From an uncultured cyanobacterium (lineage in GTDB: Bacteria; Cyanobacteriota; Cyanobacteriia; PCC-6307; Cyanobiaceae): DNA of 64,000 nucleotides. Location: NCBI GenBank assembly GCA_963765575.1, contig CAVXWZ010000001.1, positions 160,001 to 224,000 on the forward strand, written 5' to 3'. A program made the position numbers and the translations under genes. Each line of letters starts with the position of its first letter. The first letter of the stretch is position 1. The notes below the pieces were generated by a model, which was not told the origin of the DNA, made no database searches, and saw nothing but the letters and a program-made list of their open reading frames with translations. This document shows, piece after piece, positions 1-9,497 of the stretch.

Positions 1-1005
1 AGCGTGGTCGTGAGCCGGGCGGATGCTTCCGAGCGGAACCTGAGGGCCGAGCGCATCCTGATCGCCGTGGGCGGCCGTCCCCACCGCCCCGCCATCCCCG
101 GGGCTGACCTGGGCTGGGTGAGCGATGACATGTTCCTGCTCGAGAGCCTGCCCGAGGCCGTGGTGGTGGTGGGCGCCGGTTTCATCGCCTGTGAATTCGC
201 CTGCATCCTCAAGGGCCTGGGGGTGCGCGTGATCCAGCTGGTGCGCGGCGATCACCTGCTGCGGGGCTTCGATCGGGAGGCCAGCCTGGCGGTTCAGGAG
301 GCCATGCAGGCGGCGGGCATCGAGATCCGCTTCGCCCATTCCCCCGCCGCCATCACCGGCCAGTGCGCCCCCGGGGAATACACCGTCACCACCCAGAGCG
401 GTGAGCAGCTCCCCTGCGGTGGCGTGCTCCTGGCCACGGGCCGGCGGCCGTTTCTGAAGGGGCTGAACCTGGAGGCCGCCGGGGTGGCGGTGGAGGGGCA
501 CCGCATCCCCGTGGATGCCGACCAGTGCACGAACGTGCCCAGCATCTTTGCCGTGGGCGATGTCACCGACCGGGTGAACCTCACGCCCGTGGCGGTGGAT
601 GAGGGCCGGGCCTTCGCTGACAGCGTCTACGGCGGCCGGCCCCGCCAGGTGAACCATGACCTGGTGGCCAGTGCCGTGTTCAGTCAGCCGGAGCTGGCCG
701 GGGTGGGGCTCAGCGAGGAGCAGGCGATCGAGCGCCATGGCGCCGCGGCGATCCGCGTGCACCGGGCCCGCTTCCGGCCGATGAGCCAGGCCCTGCCGGC
801 CCGTGGCCCGCGGGTGCTGCTCAAGCTGGTGGTGGAGACCGCCAACGACCGGGTGCTGGGCTGCCACATGGTGGGCGAACACGCCGCCGAGATCATTCAG
901 ATGGCCGCCATCGCCATCGGCATGGGGGCCACCAAGGCCGACTTCGATCGCACCATGGCCCTGCACCCCTCGGTGGCCGAGGAATACGTGACCATGCCCA
1001 ACTGA
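1..1005 (+). CDS. gor: Glutathione-disulfide reductase (5' end outside window)
   Basis: GxGxIACEFA NADPH motif, ATGRRP, FAVGDV, C-terminal HPSVAEE. Confidence 0.93.
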   Translation, partial: SVVVSRADASERNLRAERILIAVGGRPHRPAIPGADLGWVSDDMFLLESLPEAVVVVGAGFIACEFACILKGLGVRVIQLVRGDHLLRGFDREASLAVQEAMQAAGIEIRFAHSPAAITGQCAPGEYTVTTQSGEQLPCGGVLLATGRRPFLKGLNLEAAGVAVEGHRIPVDADQCTNVPSIFAVGDVTDRVNLTPVAVDEGRAFADSVYGGRPRQVNHDLVASAVFSQPELAGVGLSEEQAIERHGAAAIRVHRARFRPMSQALPARGPRVLLKLVVETANDRVLGCHMVGEHAAEIIQMAAIAIGMGATKADFDRTMALHPSVAEEYVTMPN

Positions 1006-1023
1006 GCCGCGACCTTGCCCCGC

Positions 1024-1494
1024 TCAGGCACCCTGGTGGCCGGCATCAAATCCCCACTGGGCGCGGATCGTGGCGTTGCTCACGTCCCAGGCATGCTCGC
1101 CACTGAGCACGCTGTGCTGCTCGCCCCCCGGCTGCTCGCCCCGCTCCCGGAACTCGGCCGCCAGCTCGTCGCGGTAGGCGCGCGCCTCGGCGAGCAACAG
1201 CTCGGTGTGTTGCCGGCCGCCGGTGACCCTGAGCATCTCGGGGGTGCTGCTGCAGAGGTCCAGGTCCTCCAGGTGCCGCTGCAGCCAGGTCCACTCGTAG
1301 CGCAGCATCGCCGGCGTGCAGGCCCGCAGCCGCTGGCGGTAGTCGCGGCGGTGCTTCTCCACCTCGGCGCTGCCGGCGGGGGTGACCGCCGGGGCGGCGC
1401 CGTTGCCAGCGTCAGCTGCGTCAGCGGTGTTGGCTGCAGCGGCGGCGGCGTGGCGCTGGCTGAGTTTCTGCATGATGTCGCGCAGGTGGCTCAT
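1024..1494 (-). CDS. Hypothetical helical protein with Ala-rich linker
   Basis: Natural-looking ORF with host codon usage, divergent from pdxH; start at ATG 1494 chosen. Confidence 0.7.
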   Translation of the reverse strand: MSHLRDIMQKLSQRHAAAAAANTADAADAGNGAAPAVTPAGSAEVEKHRRDYRQRLRACTPAMLRYEWTWLQRHLEDLDLCSSTPEMLRVTGGRQHTELLLAEARAYRDELAAEFRERGEQPGGEQHSVLSGEHAWDVSNATIRAQWGFDAGHQGA

Positions 1495-1592
1495 GGCGGC
1501 AGCGTCCGGATCGCAGGGCTCAGCCGGCATTCTTGCCCGAACCCCGGCTGCCGCCAGAGTGGGGGGCGTTGGTTGACTGCGGCTCCCTCACC

Positions 1593-2264
1593 ATGACGGC
1601 CCCGGGTGCTGTGGATGTGGCGGCCCTGCGCCGCGAGTACAGCCGGGCCGGCCTGCTGCGGCCCGACCTCCAGGCCGATCCGCTGGCCCAGTTCCGCCTC
1701 TGGTTCGAGCAGGCCACCGCGGCCCAGCTGCTGGAGCCCAATGCCATGGTGCTCGGCACCGTTGATGGGCAGCGGCCCAGCAGCCGCACCGTGTTGCTGA
1801 AGGCCTACGACCGGCGCGGTTTCGTGTTTTTCACCAACTACGGCAGCCGCAAGGCCCGGGAGATCGCCGCCCAGCCCCAGGTGAGCCTGCTGTTCCCCTG
1901 GTATGGCCTGGAGCGGCAGGTGGCGATTCAGGGGCCGGCGGCGCGCATCAGCAGCGCCGAATCCCTGGCCTATTTCAGCTCCAGGCCCTTCGGCAGCCGG
2001 GTGGGGGCGTGGGTGTCGCAGCAGAGCTCGGTGATCAGCTCCCGCAGCATCCTGGAGCTGAAGTGGGAGGAGATCAAGCGCCGTTTCGCCAGCGGTGAGG
2101 TGCCCCTGCCGGAGGCCTGGGGCGGCTTCCGGGTGGTGCCGGAGGAGGTGGAGTTCTGGCAGGGACGGGAGAATCGCCTGCACGACCGCTTCCGCTACCG
2201 CCGCCGGGCCCAGGGGCCTGCTGAAGAGGCTGGGGAGTGGTTGATCGAACGCCTCTCCCCGTGA
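1593..2264 (+). CDS. pdxH: Pyridoxamine 5'-phosphate oxidase
   Basis: [38 protein letters not shown], WxIERLSP. Confidence 0.96.
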   Translation: MTAPGAVDVAALRREYSRAGLLRPDLQADPLAQFRLWFEQATAAQLLEPNAMVLGTVDGQRPSSRTVLLKAYDRRGFVFFTNYGSRKAREIAAQPQVSLLFPWYGLERQVAIQGPAARISSAESLAYFSSRPFGSRVGAWVSQQSSVISSRSILELKWEEIKRRFASGEVPLPEAWGGFRVVPEEVEFWQGRENRLHDRFRYRRRAQGPAEEAGEWLIERLSP

Positions 2265-2631
2265 CCCCAAGACTGTGCAGCTGATCCGCCCTCAGCCACG
2301 CAGGCAAGCAGGCGGATTGGATTGTCGCCGTGTCCTAGGCATGGTGTCCGAGCTTGGCATCAGCATCCACTTGTCACAACGCATGCAGACAACAAGGTTG
2401 AGATTTCGAGCGATTATGGATCTGGGCCGTTATTCCAGCACCATTTGTCTGCGACGCTGGAAAGCAGGCAAGTCGATCCACTCGATGATCGCAAACTCAT
2501 TATTTATGAAAGAAAAACCCCATGCTGACCCTGGATGAGCGGAGCACGGGGTGAATGATTGGGAGTGGAAAAGCAAACACGTGGCTGCTCTTCCACAGCT
2601 TGATCCGAAGGATTAGGGCTCTAAATGAAGA

Positions 2632-4122
2632 TCAGAATTCAAAGGTGGTTTTGATCAGGCCCCCATAGGTGTCGTCGACACCCGTGTTCTGGACATAGAA
2701 GAAAGCAGGGGTCACGCTGATGTTGTCGGTGACCTGCCACTTGTACCAGAGCTCATAGGCGAGGTTTTCGTCACCGTCGCTGCCGTCCACCCAGAGGCTG
2801 GCGCTGCAGTTGACGTTGGCACAGTTGCCGCCGTCACGCTGACCGACGCTGCCCAGGGCCATGCCCAGGGCGTTGCCCTGCATGAACATGTCAGCCCACT
2901 GCAGGCCCACCATCCAGCTCCAGGCCTCGTCATCACCGGAGCGATCGTAATCGGTCCAGCCAAAGCCGGCGCTGATTGAGGGCGCCCAGCCTGCCTCAAT
3001 AGGCGCCCAGTAGCCGCTCACTCCAATGTTCTGGTTGGAAGCATTGGGGAAGAAACTGCTGAGTCCTGGGCGCACTTCGGATTCTCCGAGGTTGTTGAAG
3101 TCGGAGTAGGTGTAGGCGATGGCACCACCCCAGTTCTCACCGGCGTAACCGCCCTGGACGGTGATGGTGTAGTCCTCACCGGCGCCGATGCTGGAGTTCT
3201 GGGAGGCATCCAGATCGGCCACATACAGTGCACTGACGGCCCAGCCTTCGTTCTCCCACCAGATGCCGACGCCAGCTCCCTGAGTCAAATTGTAGGTGGA
3301 CTGGCCACCGGCATAGGTGAAGATGTCCAGGATGGTGTCAGCCGGGTAAGCGCTGGGCCAGATGGCCAGCATGTCGTTCTGCTCGACGTTGGCGCCCACC
3401 GTGGCGGTGAAGTTCTCACCAATGGGGAACTGGTAAAAGAGTTTGCTGAGCTCCACCGAGTTGCCGGTACCTGCTTCGGCCTCCAACACAGTGTTGCCGT
3501 TGCCAAACACCGAATCATCAAAGTTGCCGGCTTCCAACTCGGTATACAGCAGGTCTTTGCCGGTGAAGCTGGTGGCGAGGCCCAGGGCCAGCTTGTAGTT
3601 GACGGTCACATCGCCACCGAAGCCGGTGTTGCCGGCGCCGCCGATGGTCATCACGGCTTCGCCGCTGAGCACGGTGGTGGTGGAAAACTGACTGGCCTCC
3701 AGCTCACCGACCTTGGCCTCGAGGCCGTCGACGCGGCCCTTGAGGATGGCGAGTTCCCTCTCGAACTCGGCCATCAGGCGCTTGAGCTCGTCGGTCACTT
3801 CGGTGACGCGGTCGAGACAGGCGTTCAGGAGGGCGGCGGCCTCGAAACGGGTCATGGCCCGCTGGCCCTTGAAGGTGCCGTCGGGATAGCCGGCGACGCA
3901 GCCGTAACGCTCGATCAGGCCCGTGAGCGCCTGGTAGGCCCAGTCCGTCGGGACGACGTCGGGGAACTGGGAGATGCTGGTGACTTGGTCGCTGCTGGCG
4001 TACTGGTGGATGCCGTCGAGATTCAACTCAGCTGCCTGCAGCGGGGCAGGCGTGACGGCGGGCAGGCCAGCCAGCAGGCCGAGGACTGCTGGCGCCAGCA
4101 GGCGTTGGTGCATGCGTTGCAT
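2632..4122 (-). CDS. Cyanobacterial SLH-domain outer-membrane porin (Som/OprB-like)
   Basis: Signal peptide, SLH DVxPTDWAYQAL..ERYGCVAGYPDG, coiled coil, FSTTT, beta-barrel ending KTTFEF. Confidence 0.95.
   Translation of the reverse strand: MQRMHQRLLAPAVLGLLAGLPAVTPAPLQAAELNLDGIHQYASSDQVTSISQFPDVVPTDWAYQALTGLIERYGCVAGYPDGTFKGQRAMTRFEAAALLNACLDRVTEVTDELKRLMAEFERELAILKGRVDGLEAKVGELEASQFSTTTVLSGEAVMTIGGAGNTGFGGDVTVNYKLALGLATSFTGKDLLYTELEAGNFDDSVFGNGNTVLEAEAGTGNSVELSKLFYQFPIGENFTATVGANVEQNDMLAIWPSAYPADTILDIFTYAGGQSTYNLTQGAGVGIWWENEGWAVSALYVADLDASQNSSIGAGEDYTITVQGGYAGENWGGAIAYTYSDFNNLGESEVRPGLSSFFPNASNQNIGVSGYWAPIEAGWAPSISAGFGWTDYDRSGDDEAWSWMVGLQWADMFMQGNALGMALGSVGQRDGGNCANVNCSASLWVDGSDGDENLAYELWYKWQVTDNISVTPAFFYVQNTGVDDTYGGLIKTTFEF
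3668..4005. repeat. Dispersed direct repeat copy 1 (porin SLH/coiled-coil coding region)
   Basis: Near-identical to 28874-29211; 3710-3919 identical to 28916-29125. Confidence 0.95.
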
Positions 4123-4169
4123 GGGTTGAGCCCCCCAAGGGGCCGGAGAGCGGAAGGGAGAAAGGGAAC

Positions 4170-4188
4170 GATAACGATTCTCAATTGC
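4170..4188. promoter_or_regulatory. Putative Fur box upstream of porin
   Basis: GATAACGATTCTCAATTGC, 13/19 match to GATAATGATAATCATTATC, AT-rich patch ~50 bp upstream of porin start. Confidence 0.6.
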
Positions 4189-4300
4189 TGATTCAAGCTG
4201 CCAAGCCCCACCGTCGATGGTCCGTGGACACCATCACAGGGGTGGGTGGCAAGGACTGCTGAGGCGTCCTGTCGAGCTGGAGGGACGTCTGCTGCTGCCC

Positions 4301-4942
4301 TCAGGGCACGAGCATGGTCCAGGCGAAGGCGGCACCGATGCCGATCCAGATGCCCGCCAGCAGGCGCCGGCCGTTGTCCTTCAAGCTGGCAAGAATTGGA
4401 CTGGAGGCGGCGGTAACGAGCAGCAGCAGGGCCCCCTGGCTGATCAGCAGGCCGAGAAAGTAGGTGGCCAGCGGAGTGGGTTCGGCTCCCACAACCGTGC
4501 CGCCGAGCAGGTAGCCATGCAGGGCGATCGCCGGCAGCAGCAGTGCCGCAGGCAGCTTGTTCAGTGCCACCAGGCCGGCGACCACAAGGCTCAGGGAAAC
4601 CAGCGCCTCGGCAAACGGAGTCACCGATGCGGCCAGGGGCACCACCAGGGCGACAGCGCTGCCCAGCAGCCCCGTGGCAAGCAGGGGGAGCACCCAGGCG
4701 AGGGGGCGGCGCAGCCCCACGAAGCCGATGGCGAGCAGGAACAGCAGATGGTCGGGGCCCAGCAGGGGATGGCCGATACCGCTCACGAAGCCCATCCAGG
4801 GGCTCATCGCGGTGCCCTCGGCCATGCCGAAGGGGTGGTGGGCCAGGGCGGCGGCGGGGTGCAGGGCGCTGAGCGTGAGCAGTCCAGCCGCCAGAGCAAG
4901 CGAACCTGCGGCGGGCGCCGCAGGGAAAAGCCGTTGATTCAA
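4301..4942 (-). CDS. hupE: HupE/UreJ family Ni/Co transporter, probably cobalt
   Basis: ALAH-H after signal peptide, SGIGHPLLGPDHLLFLL, ALHGY; cobalamin riboswitch upstream; TTG start. Confidence 0.9.
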   Translation of the reverse strand: MNQRLFPAAPAAGSLALAAGLLTLSALHPAAALAHHPFGMAEGTAMSPWMGFVSGIGHPLLGPDHLLFLLAIGFVGLRRPLAWVLPLLATGLLGSAVALVVPLAASVTPFAEALVSLSLVVAGLVALNKLPAALLLPAIALHGYLLGGTVVGAEPTPLATYFLGLLISQGALLLLVTAASSPILASLKDNGRRLLAGIWIGIGAAFAWTMLVP

Positions 4943-4965
4943 GGGTCGATCCTCGTCGAGTGAAG

Positions 4966-5080
4966 GCGCTGGCGGGCGTTCTGACTTCCCCTCTCGGGGT
5001 TCACAGCTGCGGGACAGCGCCGGACTTGCACCGGACTTTCCCCCTTTCCTTCAGCAGCTGATCACTGCTGAAACCAGGCA
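4966..5080 (-). ncRNA. Cobalamin riboswitch
   Basis: Minus strand GGT..AAAGGGGGAAAGTCCGGTGCAAGTCCGGCGCTGTCCCGCAGCTGT..GGAAGTCAGAACGCCCGCC matches the B12-element core, directly 5' of hupE. Confidence 0.93.
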
Positions 5081-5183
5081 TCGATCAGCTAAGGCCAGGC
5101 AGGCGGAAGGCGGGGCGGCGGCCCCTGGTTCGACACAAGCTGTGATCGGCCCGCTCGGGCCCATGCCCCAGTCCGCTGATGCC

Positions 5184-6230
5184 TCAGGCGCGCGGAGCCA
5201 GCGGCAGCGGCGAATCACGCCGCCGCAACAGCGGGCCGCCGCTGGGCTGCAGCGCCGCGGGCAAGGAGGCGGCACGAACCACCTGCAGACCGTTGAGCTC
5301 CAGGGTGGTGTCCACCAGTTCGGAGCGTCCCTCGAACAGGTCCAGCACGGTGAGGGTCTGCACCGGTGGGCTGGAGTCGTTGAGCCGCTGCCTGGGCCCG
5401 CTGCCCATCGCCCCGAGGCTGAGCAGGTTGAGGCTGCCGCTGCGGCTGGGGAAGTAGGCGTGATGGTGTCCGCTCACGTAGAGCTGGCTTCCCGTCTCAG
5501 CCAGCAGCTGTTGCAACTGCTGCGGCTGGTTGAGCACCTCGCCAGGCCGATCCCGGCCGAGCCCCACGGCATAGGCCGGCAGATGGCCGATCACCAGCCG
5601 CAGGCGGGCCCGTTGGGCCTCCGGGGAGCTCAGTTGGGCGCGGGCCCAGGCCCAGTCGGCGGCCGGCACGCTGGCGGAGGAGGCATCGAGCACCACGGCG
5701 AAGAGCGGCCCCTGGCGGATGCTGTAGCGGAAGGGGAAGCGGCTGGCGTCCGCAAAGTTCAGGCCCAGGCTCCCCTGGCGGGCCGTCCAGAAGCGGGCGG
5801 CTCGGTCGCGGTCGAGGGCGAAGGTGAAGCCGTTCGGCCCGCGGCTGCTGGAGGCGTCGTGGTTGCCCATCGCCGGGGCGAAGCCAGCGCCGCCCCGCTG
5901 CAGCGGCTCCAGCACCTGCTTGGCGAAACCGGCCCACATGGCATCGAGTTGGGCGCTGCTGAGGCCGAGCTTCTGGCCCGCCACCATGTCGCCGGCGCAG
6001 AGCACCAGATCGGGTTGCAGGGTGGCCAGCAGCTCCACGCCCCGTTGCACCTGGGGGATGTAGGTGGTGGAGCCGTAGCTGGAATTGAGGTCGCTGATCA
6101 GGGCCAGGCGCAGGTCGCCCCGGGGGGGCAACTGGGCCGCCCTGGAGCTGCGCCACCAACCGGCGGCGATCAGGCCCGCCGTGCCGGCGCCCGCCAGTTC
6201 CAGAAAGCGGCGGCGGTGAAGCAAGGGCAT
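5184..6230 (-). CDS. Tat-exported calcineurin-like metallophosphoesterase
   Basis: HRRRFL twin-arginine signal; ISDLN, AGDMV, MGNHD, IGH, SGHHHAY motifs. Confidence 0.88.
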   Translation of the reverse strand: MPLLHRRRFLELAGAGTAGLIAAGWWRSSRAAQLPPRGDLRLALISDLNSSYGSTTYIPQVQRGVELLATLQPDLVLCAGDMVAGQKLGLSSAQLDAMWAGFAKQVLEPLQRGGAGFAPAMGNHDASSSRGPNGFTFALDRDRAARFWTARQGSLGLNFADASRFPFRYSIRQGPLFAVVLDASSASVPAADWAWARAQLSSPEAQRARLRLVIGHLPAYAVGLGRDRPGEVLNQPQQLQQLLAETGSQLYVSGHHHAYFPSRSGSLNLLSLGAMGSGPRQRLNDSSPPVQTLTVLDLFEGRSELVDTTLELNGLQVVRAASLPAALQPSGGPLLRRRDSPLPLAPRA

Positions 6231-6241
6231 CGGCTGGAGGA

Positions 6242-6583
6242 TCAGACCGCCTGCAGTTGGCGCAGCTGGGATTCGAGGCGCTGCTTCAGCCGTGACTGCA
6301 CCAGGGCGCAGAGATCATGGACCAGTTCGTCGTCGGCGCTGTAGATCAACCGCACCCCATCGCGCTTGCAGCTCACCAGGCCGGCCCGCTGCAGCTGGCC
6401 CAGCTGGCGGCTGATGTGGGACTGGGAAAAGCCCGTGGCCTCAATCAGCGAGGCCACGTCCATGGGGCCCTGCTTGAGGTGGCAGAGCAGTTGCAGCCGG
6501 GCTGGCTCGCTGAGCAGGCGGAAGAACTGGCTGAGTTCATCCAGCAGCTCGGGGCTGGGTGTGATGTCGCCGAAAGCGCCCAT
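6242..6583 (-). CDS. ArsR/SmtB family transcriptional regulator
   Basis: FRLLSEPARLQLLCHL..SQSHISRQL..LQRAGLV..RDG winged helix. Confidence 0.92.
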   Translation of the reverse strand: MGAFGDITPSPELLDELSQFFRLLSEPARLQLLCHLKQGPMDVASLIEATGFSQSHISRQLGQLQRAGLVSCKRDGVRLIYSADDELVHDLCALVQSRLKQRLESQLRQLQAV

Positions 6584-6662
6584 GGGGGAGCGGAATCTTG
6601 ACTATGACGATCCACGCATTATGCCCCATGAGAGCAGGCTGGCGGTGCGGTGGCCCAGGGGG

Positions 6663-6824
6663 TCAGAGCACCGTGAGGGCGATGCCCAGGCCCACCACCA
6701 TCGCCGCGATCACGGCCGTAGCCCAGAGGGCGTGGGCGCGGGCGTCGGCGGGGGTCTCGCCGATCACAGCCGCCACTTCATCGGCATAGAGGTTGTCGTG
6801 GTTTTCCTGATCGTGGGTTTTCAT
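6663..6824 (-). CDS. Small 53-aa membrane protein (not in ORF track)
   Basis: MKTHDQENHDNLYADEVAAVIGETPADARAHALWATAVIAAMVVGLGIALTVL; AGGAG RBS upstream; C-terminal TM helix; GC3-rich codons. Confidence 0.7.
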   Translation of the reverse strand: MKTHDQENHDNLYADEVAAVIGETPADARAHALWATAVIAAMVVGLGIALTVL

Positions 6825-6919
6825 GGCGGCGCTCCTGGCCTGGTGGGGGCTGATCGCAACCTAGGCAGCTCCTTTGAGGCTGCCCAGGTTGTCGCCATCA
6901 GGCTTCATGCCGGCGGGCT

Positions 6920-7339
6920 TCAGTTGCCGCGGTTGCCCTTGCCCCTGCGGCCCGAGCCAGGTCCGCCCATCGGCGCCTCGATGCCGTTGCGGGTGTAGAT
7001 GGCGCGCATGGCATCGCGGTGCTCCTGGCGCTGGGCCTGGTTTTGCTTGCGCTCCTGCTGCATGCAGCGGCGCAGGGCGGCGGTGTCGCCAGCGCCACTG
7101 ACGCAGCGCTCTCCCTTCTGGAGGGTCTGGATGCGATTGCGCTGGTGGCGCACCAGCAGGGCCTTGCGCTCCGGAAAGATCTTGGCTTCCTGGGCGGGCG
7201 TGAGGCGCTGGGGGGCCGAGTCCTGGGCCAGGCCGGGCAGGGCGCTGCCCAGGCTCAGCAGGGCGATGCCCAGGGCGCCAGCCAGGCAGCTGGTGCGCTG
7301 GAAGCGGGCTGTAGCGGTCAACGGGGTTGGCATTGTCAT
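6920..7339 (-). CDS. Secreted helical protein, Spy/CpxP-like character
   Basis: Signal peptide, LTPAQ motif, Q/R/E-rich helices with a Cys pair; downstream of a two-component pair. Confidence 0.65.
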   Translation of the reverse strand: MTMPTPLTATARFQRTSCLAGALGIALLSLGSALPGLAQDSAPQRLTPAQEAKIFPERKALLVRHQRNRIQTLQKGERCVSGAGDTAALRRCMQQERKQNQAQRQEHRDAMRAIYTRNGIEAPMGGPGSGRRGKGNRGN

Positions 7340-7449
7340 GGCAGGGAAGCGCTTGTCGGCGCTGGATGGAACGGTGGTCGAGATGGGCGCATCTCAGTGC
7401 CTATCGTCTCGGGCGGATCTGACCCAGGTGCGTCCGCAGGCGGCCGAGT

Positions 7450-7465
7450 TGTGACCAGATGTTTC
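7450..7465 (-). promoter_or_regulatory. Possible OmpR-family binding site
   Basis: Minus strand GAAACA-TCTG-GTCACA, 10-bp period, upstream of the 6920-7339 gene. Confidence 0.3.
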
Positions 7466-7482
7466 CCGGGGCTCCCCTGGGC

Positions 7483-8766
7483 TCAGGTCTCGGCCAGCCA
7501 GTGGCCCCGCAGCAGCACCGCAAAGCCCTGACCATCGCGGCGGCTGTGCAGGCTGCCGCGATGGGCCCGGGCCACCCGTTCCACAATCGCCAGCCCCAGG
7601 CCGCAGTGCCCGCTGCCGCCGCGGGCTGGGTCCAGCCGCCGGAAAGGCTGCAGGGCCTGGCTCCAGAGCTGGGCGTCGAGCCCCGTGCCGCCGTCGGCCA
7701 CCTCAATCTCAAAGCCGTCGCCAGCCCATGGCCGCAGGCTCAGGCGGAAAGGTGGCTGGCCATGGCTGCGGGCGTTGTCGAGCAGGTTGGCCACCGCCCG
7801 GGCCAGCCCGGTGGGCCGCACCCGCCCGACCAGGGGTTGCAGCTGCAGGTCCAGGGGCTGCAGATCGCTCTGGCCGGCCACCTCGGCCAGCAGAGCGTCG
7901 AGGTTCACCTCCAGCGGCTCCTCCTCGCCCTGGCCGCGGGCAAAGGCCATGAACTGGCCGGTGATGCGTTCCAGGGCGTCCAGGTCGCCCAGAGCCTTGG
8001 CGGCATCGCCACTGCCCATCGGCGTGGCTGCGGCCAGGTGCAAGCGCAGCCGCAGCCGGGTGAGGGGACTGCTGAGGTCATGGCCGATGCCGGCCAGCAT
8101 CGTTTCCCGTTCCTGCCGGGCCTGCTCCAGCTGGCTGAGCATGGCGTTGAAACGGGCCGTGAGCTGGCGCACCGAGGGGGCGCCGCGGGGCGGCACCGGC
8201 TGGGGATCGCCCCCCGAGCCCAGTTGCTGCAGCGATTGTTCCAGCAGCCGCAGGGGCCGCCGTACCTCCAGGGCCAGCACCAGGGTGCTGACCCCCAGCC
8301 CCGCCGCCACCAGCGACAGGCTGAGGGAGAGGGGATCGGGCGGCCAGGGGCGCTGCCGTGGCAGTGGTGCCGACAGCCAGACCGGCTCCAGGGCCGAGGC
8401 CAGCTCCACCCAGAGCAGATTGGCGGCCGGCACCACCTCCCGGCAGTAGCCCAGCTGCTCGCACAGCTCGGCTTCCAGGGCGGCGGCCTCGCGCCGCCCC
8501 CGCAGCGAGGCCGGCGGCGGCGTGCTCGCCAGTTCCAGGCCGCTGAGCTCGGCCACCGCATCCATCGGCAGCCGTTCCAGGGCCAGCTCCCCCAGGCGCA
8601 GGCTGAAGGCCACCTCCGAGCCGAGCTGGGCCATGCGGGCCCGCTCAATGCGGCGGGCGAGCAGCGATTGGATCAACAGCAGGCTCAGCAGCCACAAGCT
8701 CACCCCGCAGCCGCCGTAGGCCAGCAGCTTGAGCCAGCGGCGGCGCTCAGCGACGGGCCTGGCCAT
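7483..8766 (-). CDS. EnvZ-like sensor histidine kinase (HAMP-HisKA-HATPase)
   Basis: Two TM segments, AGIGHDLSSPLTRL H-box, NLLDNA, DGGTG, GLGLAIV; start overlaps the regulator 3' end. Confidence 0.93.
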   Translation of the reverse strand: MARPVAERRRWLKLLAYGGCGVSLWLLSLLLIQSLLARRIERARMAQLGSEVAFSLRLGELALERLPMDAVAELSGLELASTPPPASLRGRREAAALEAELCEQLGYCREVVPAANLLWVELASALEPVWLSAPLPRQRPWPPDPLSLSLSLVAAGLGVSTLVLALEVRRPLRLLEQSLQQLGSGGDPQPVPPRGAPSVRQLTARFNAMLSQLEQARQERETMLAGIGHDLSSPLTRLRLRLHLAAATPMGSGDAAKALGDLDALERITGQFMAFARGQGEEEPLEVNLDALLAEVAGQSDLQPLDLQLQPLVGRVRPTGLARAVANLLDNARSHGQPPFRLSLRPWAGDGFEIEVADGGTGLDAQLWSQALQPFRRLDPARGGSGHCGLGLAIVERVARAHRGSLHSRRDGQGFAVLLRGHWLAET

Positions 8767-9469
8767 CGGGCACGAACACGTAGCCGTAGCCCCACACCGT
8801 CTGGATGTGGCGGGGTTGGCTGGGGTTGTCCTCCACCAGCCGCCGCAGCCGCGACACCTGCACATCCATGCTGCGGCTCTCGGTTTCGCTGCTGGGGCCG
8901 CGGCAGAGCTCGATCAGCCGCTCCCGGGAGAGGGGGCGATGGGGGTGCTGGGCGAAGGCCAGCAGCAGGCTGAATTCGCCGCTGGTGATGGTCACCGGCT
9001 CGCCGCTGCGCGCCAGGCTGCGGCTGCTGGGATCGAGGCACCAGGCCCCGAATTCGATCACGGCCTGCTCGGCCACCGGGGCGCCGGCCGGCAGGCTGCC
9101 CCGGCGGCGCAGCACCGCCTCGATGCGGGCCGTGAGTTCGCGGGGCAGGAAGGGTTTGGCCAGGTAGTCGTCGGCGCCCTGCTCCAGGCCGATGATCCGA
9201 TCCACGGCATCGCCGCGGCCGGTGAGCATCAGCACCGGCAGGTCATCGCCGCCATCGCGCAGGCGCCGCAGGGCCGTGAGGCCGTCGTCGCCCGGCAGCA
9301 TCAGGTCGAGCACCACCAGGTCGGGCCGCTGGCTCTGCAGGCGGGCCACCAGCTGGCGGGCATCCACCAGACAGCGCACCTCATAGCCCTGCTCACCCAG
9401 GTAGGTGGCCAGCATCTGGCGGAGTTCAGAGTCGTCATCGACGACCCAGATGCGGTGCGGACGCGCCAT
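8747..9469 (-). CDS. OmpR family response regulator
   Basis: VVDDD, DLMLPG, GADDYLAKPF, RSMDVQVSRLR, IQTVWGYGY. Confidence 0.95.
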   Translation of the reverse strand: MARPHRIWVVDDDSELRQMLATYLGEQGYEVRCLVDARQLVARLQSQRPDLVVLDLMLPGDDGLTALRRLRDGGDDLPVLMLTGRGDAVDRIIGLEQGADDYLAKPFLPRELTARIEAVLRRRGSLPAGAPVAEQAVIEFGAWCLDPSSRSLARSGEPVTITSGEFSLLLAFAQHPHRPLSRERLIELCRGPSSETESRSMDVQVSRLRRLVEDNPSQPRHIQTVWGYGYVFVPDGQARR

Positions 9470-9497
9470 GGGCTGGCTGGATCAGGGTGGCGCTGGC

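Noticed and set aside
2540..2631. Yfr1-like motif in the 3' UTR of the first porin
   Set aside because: Only CACTCCC present, no TCCTCACAC
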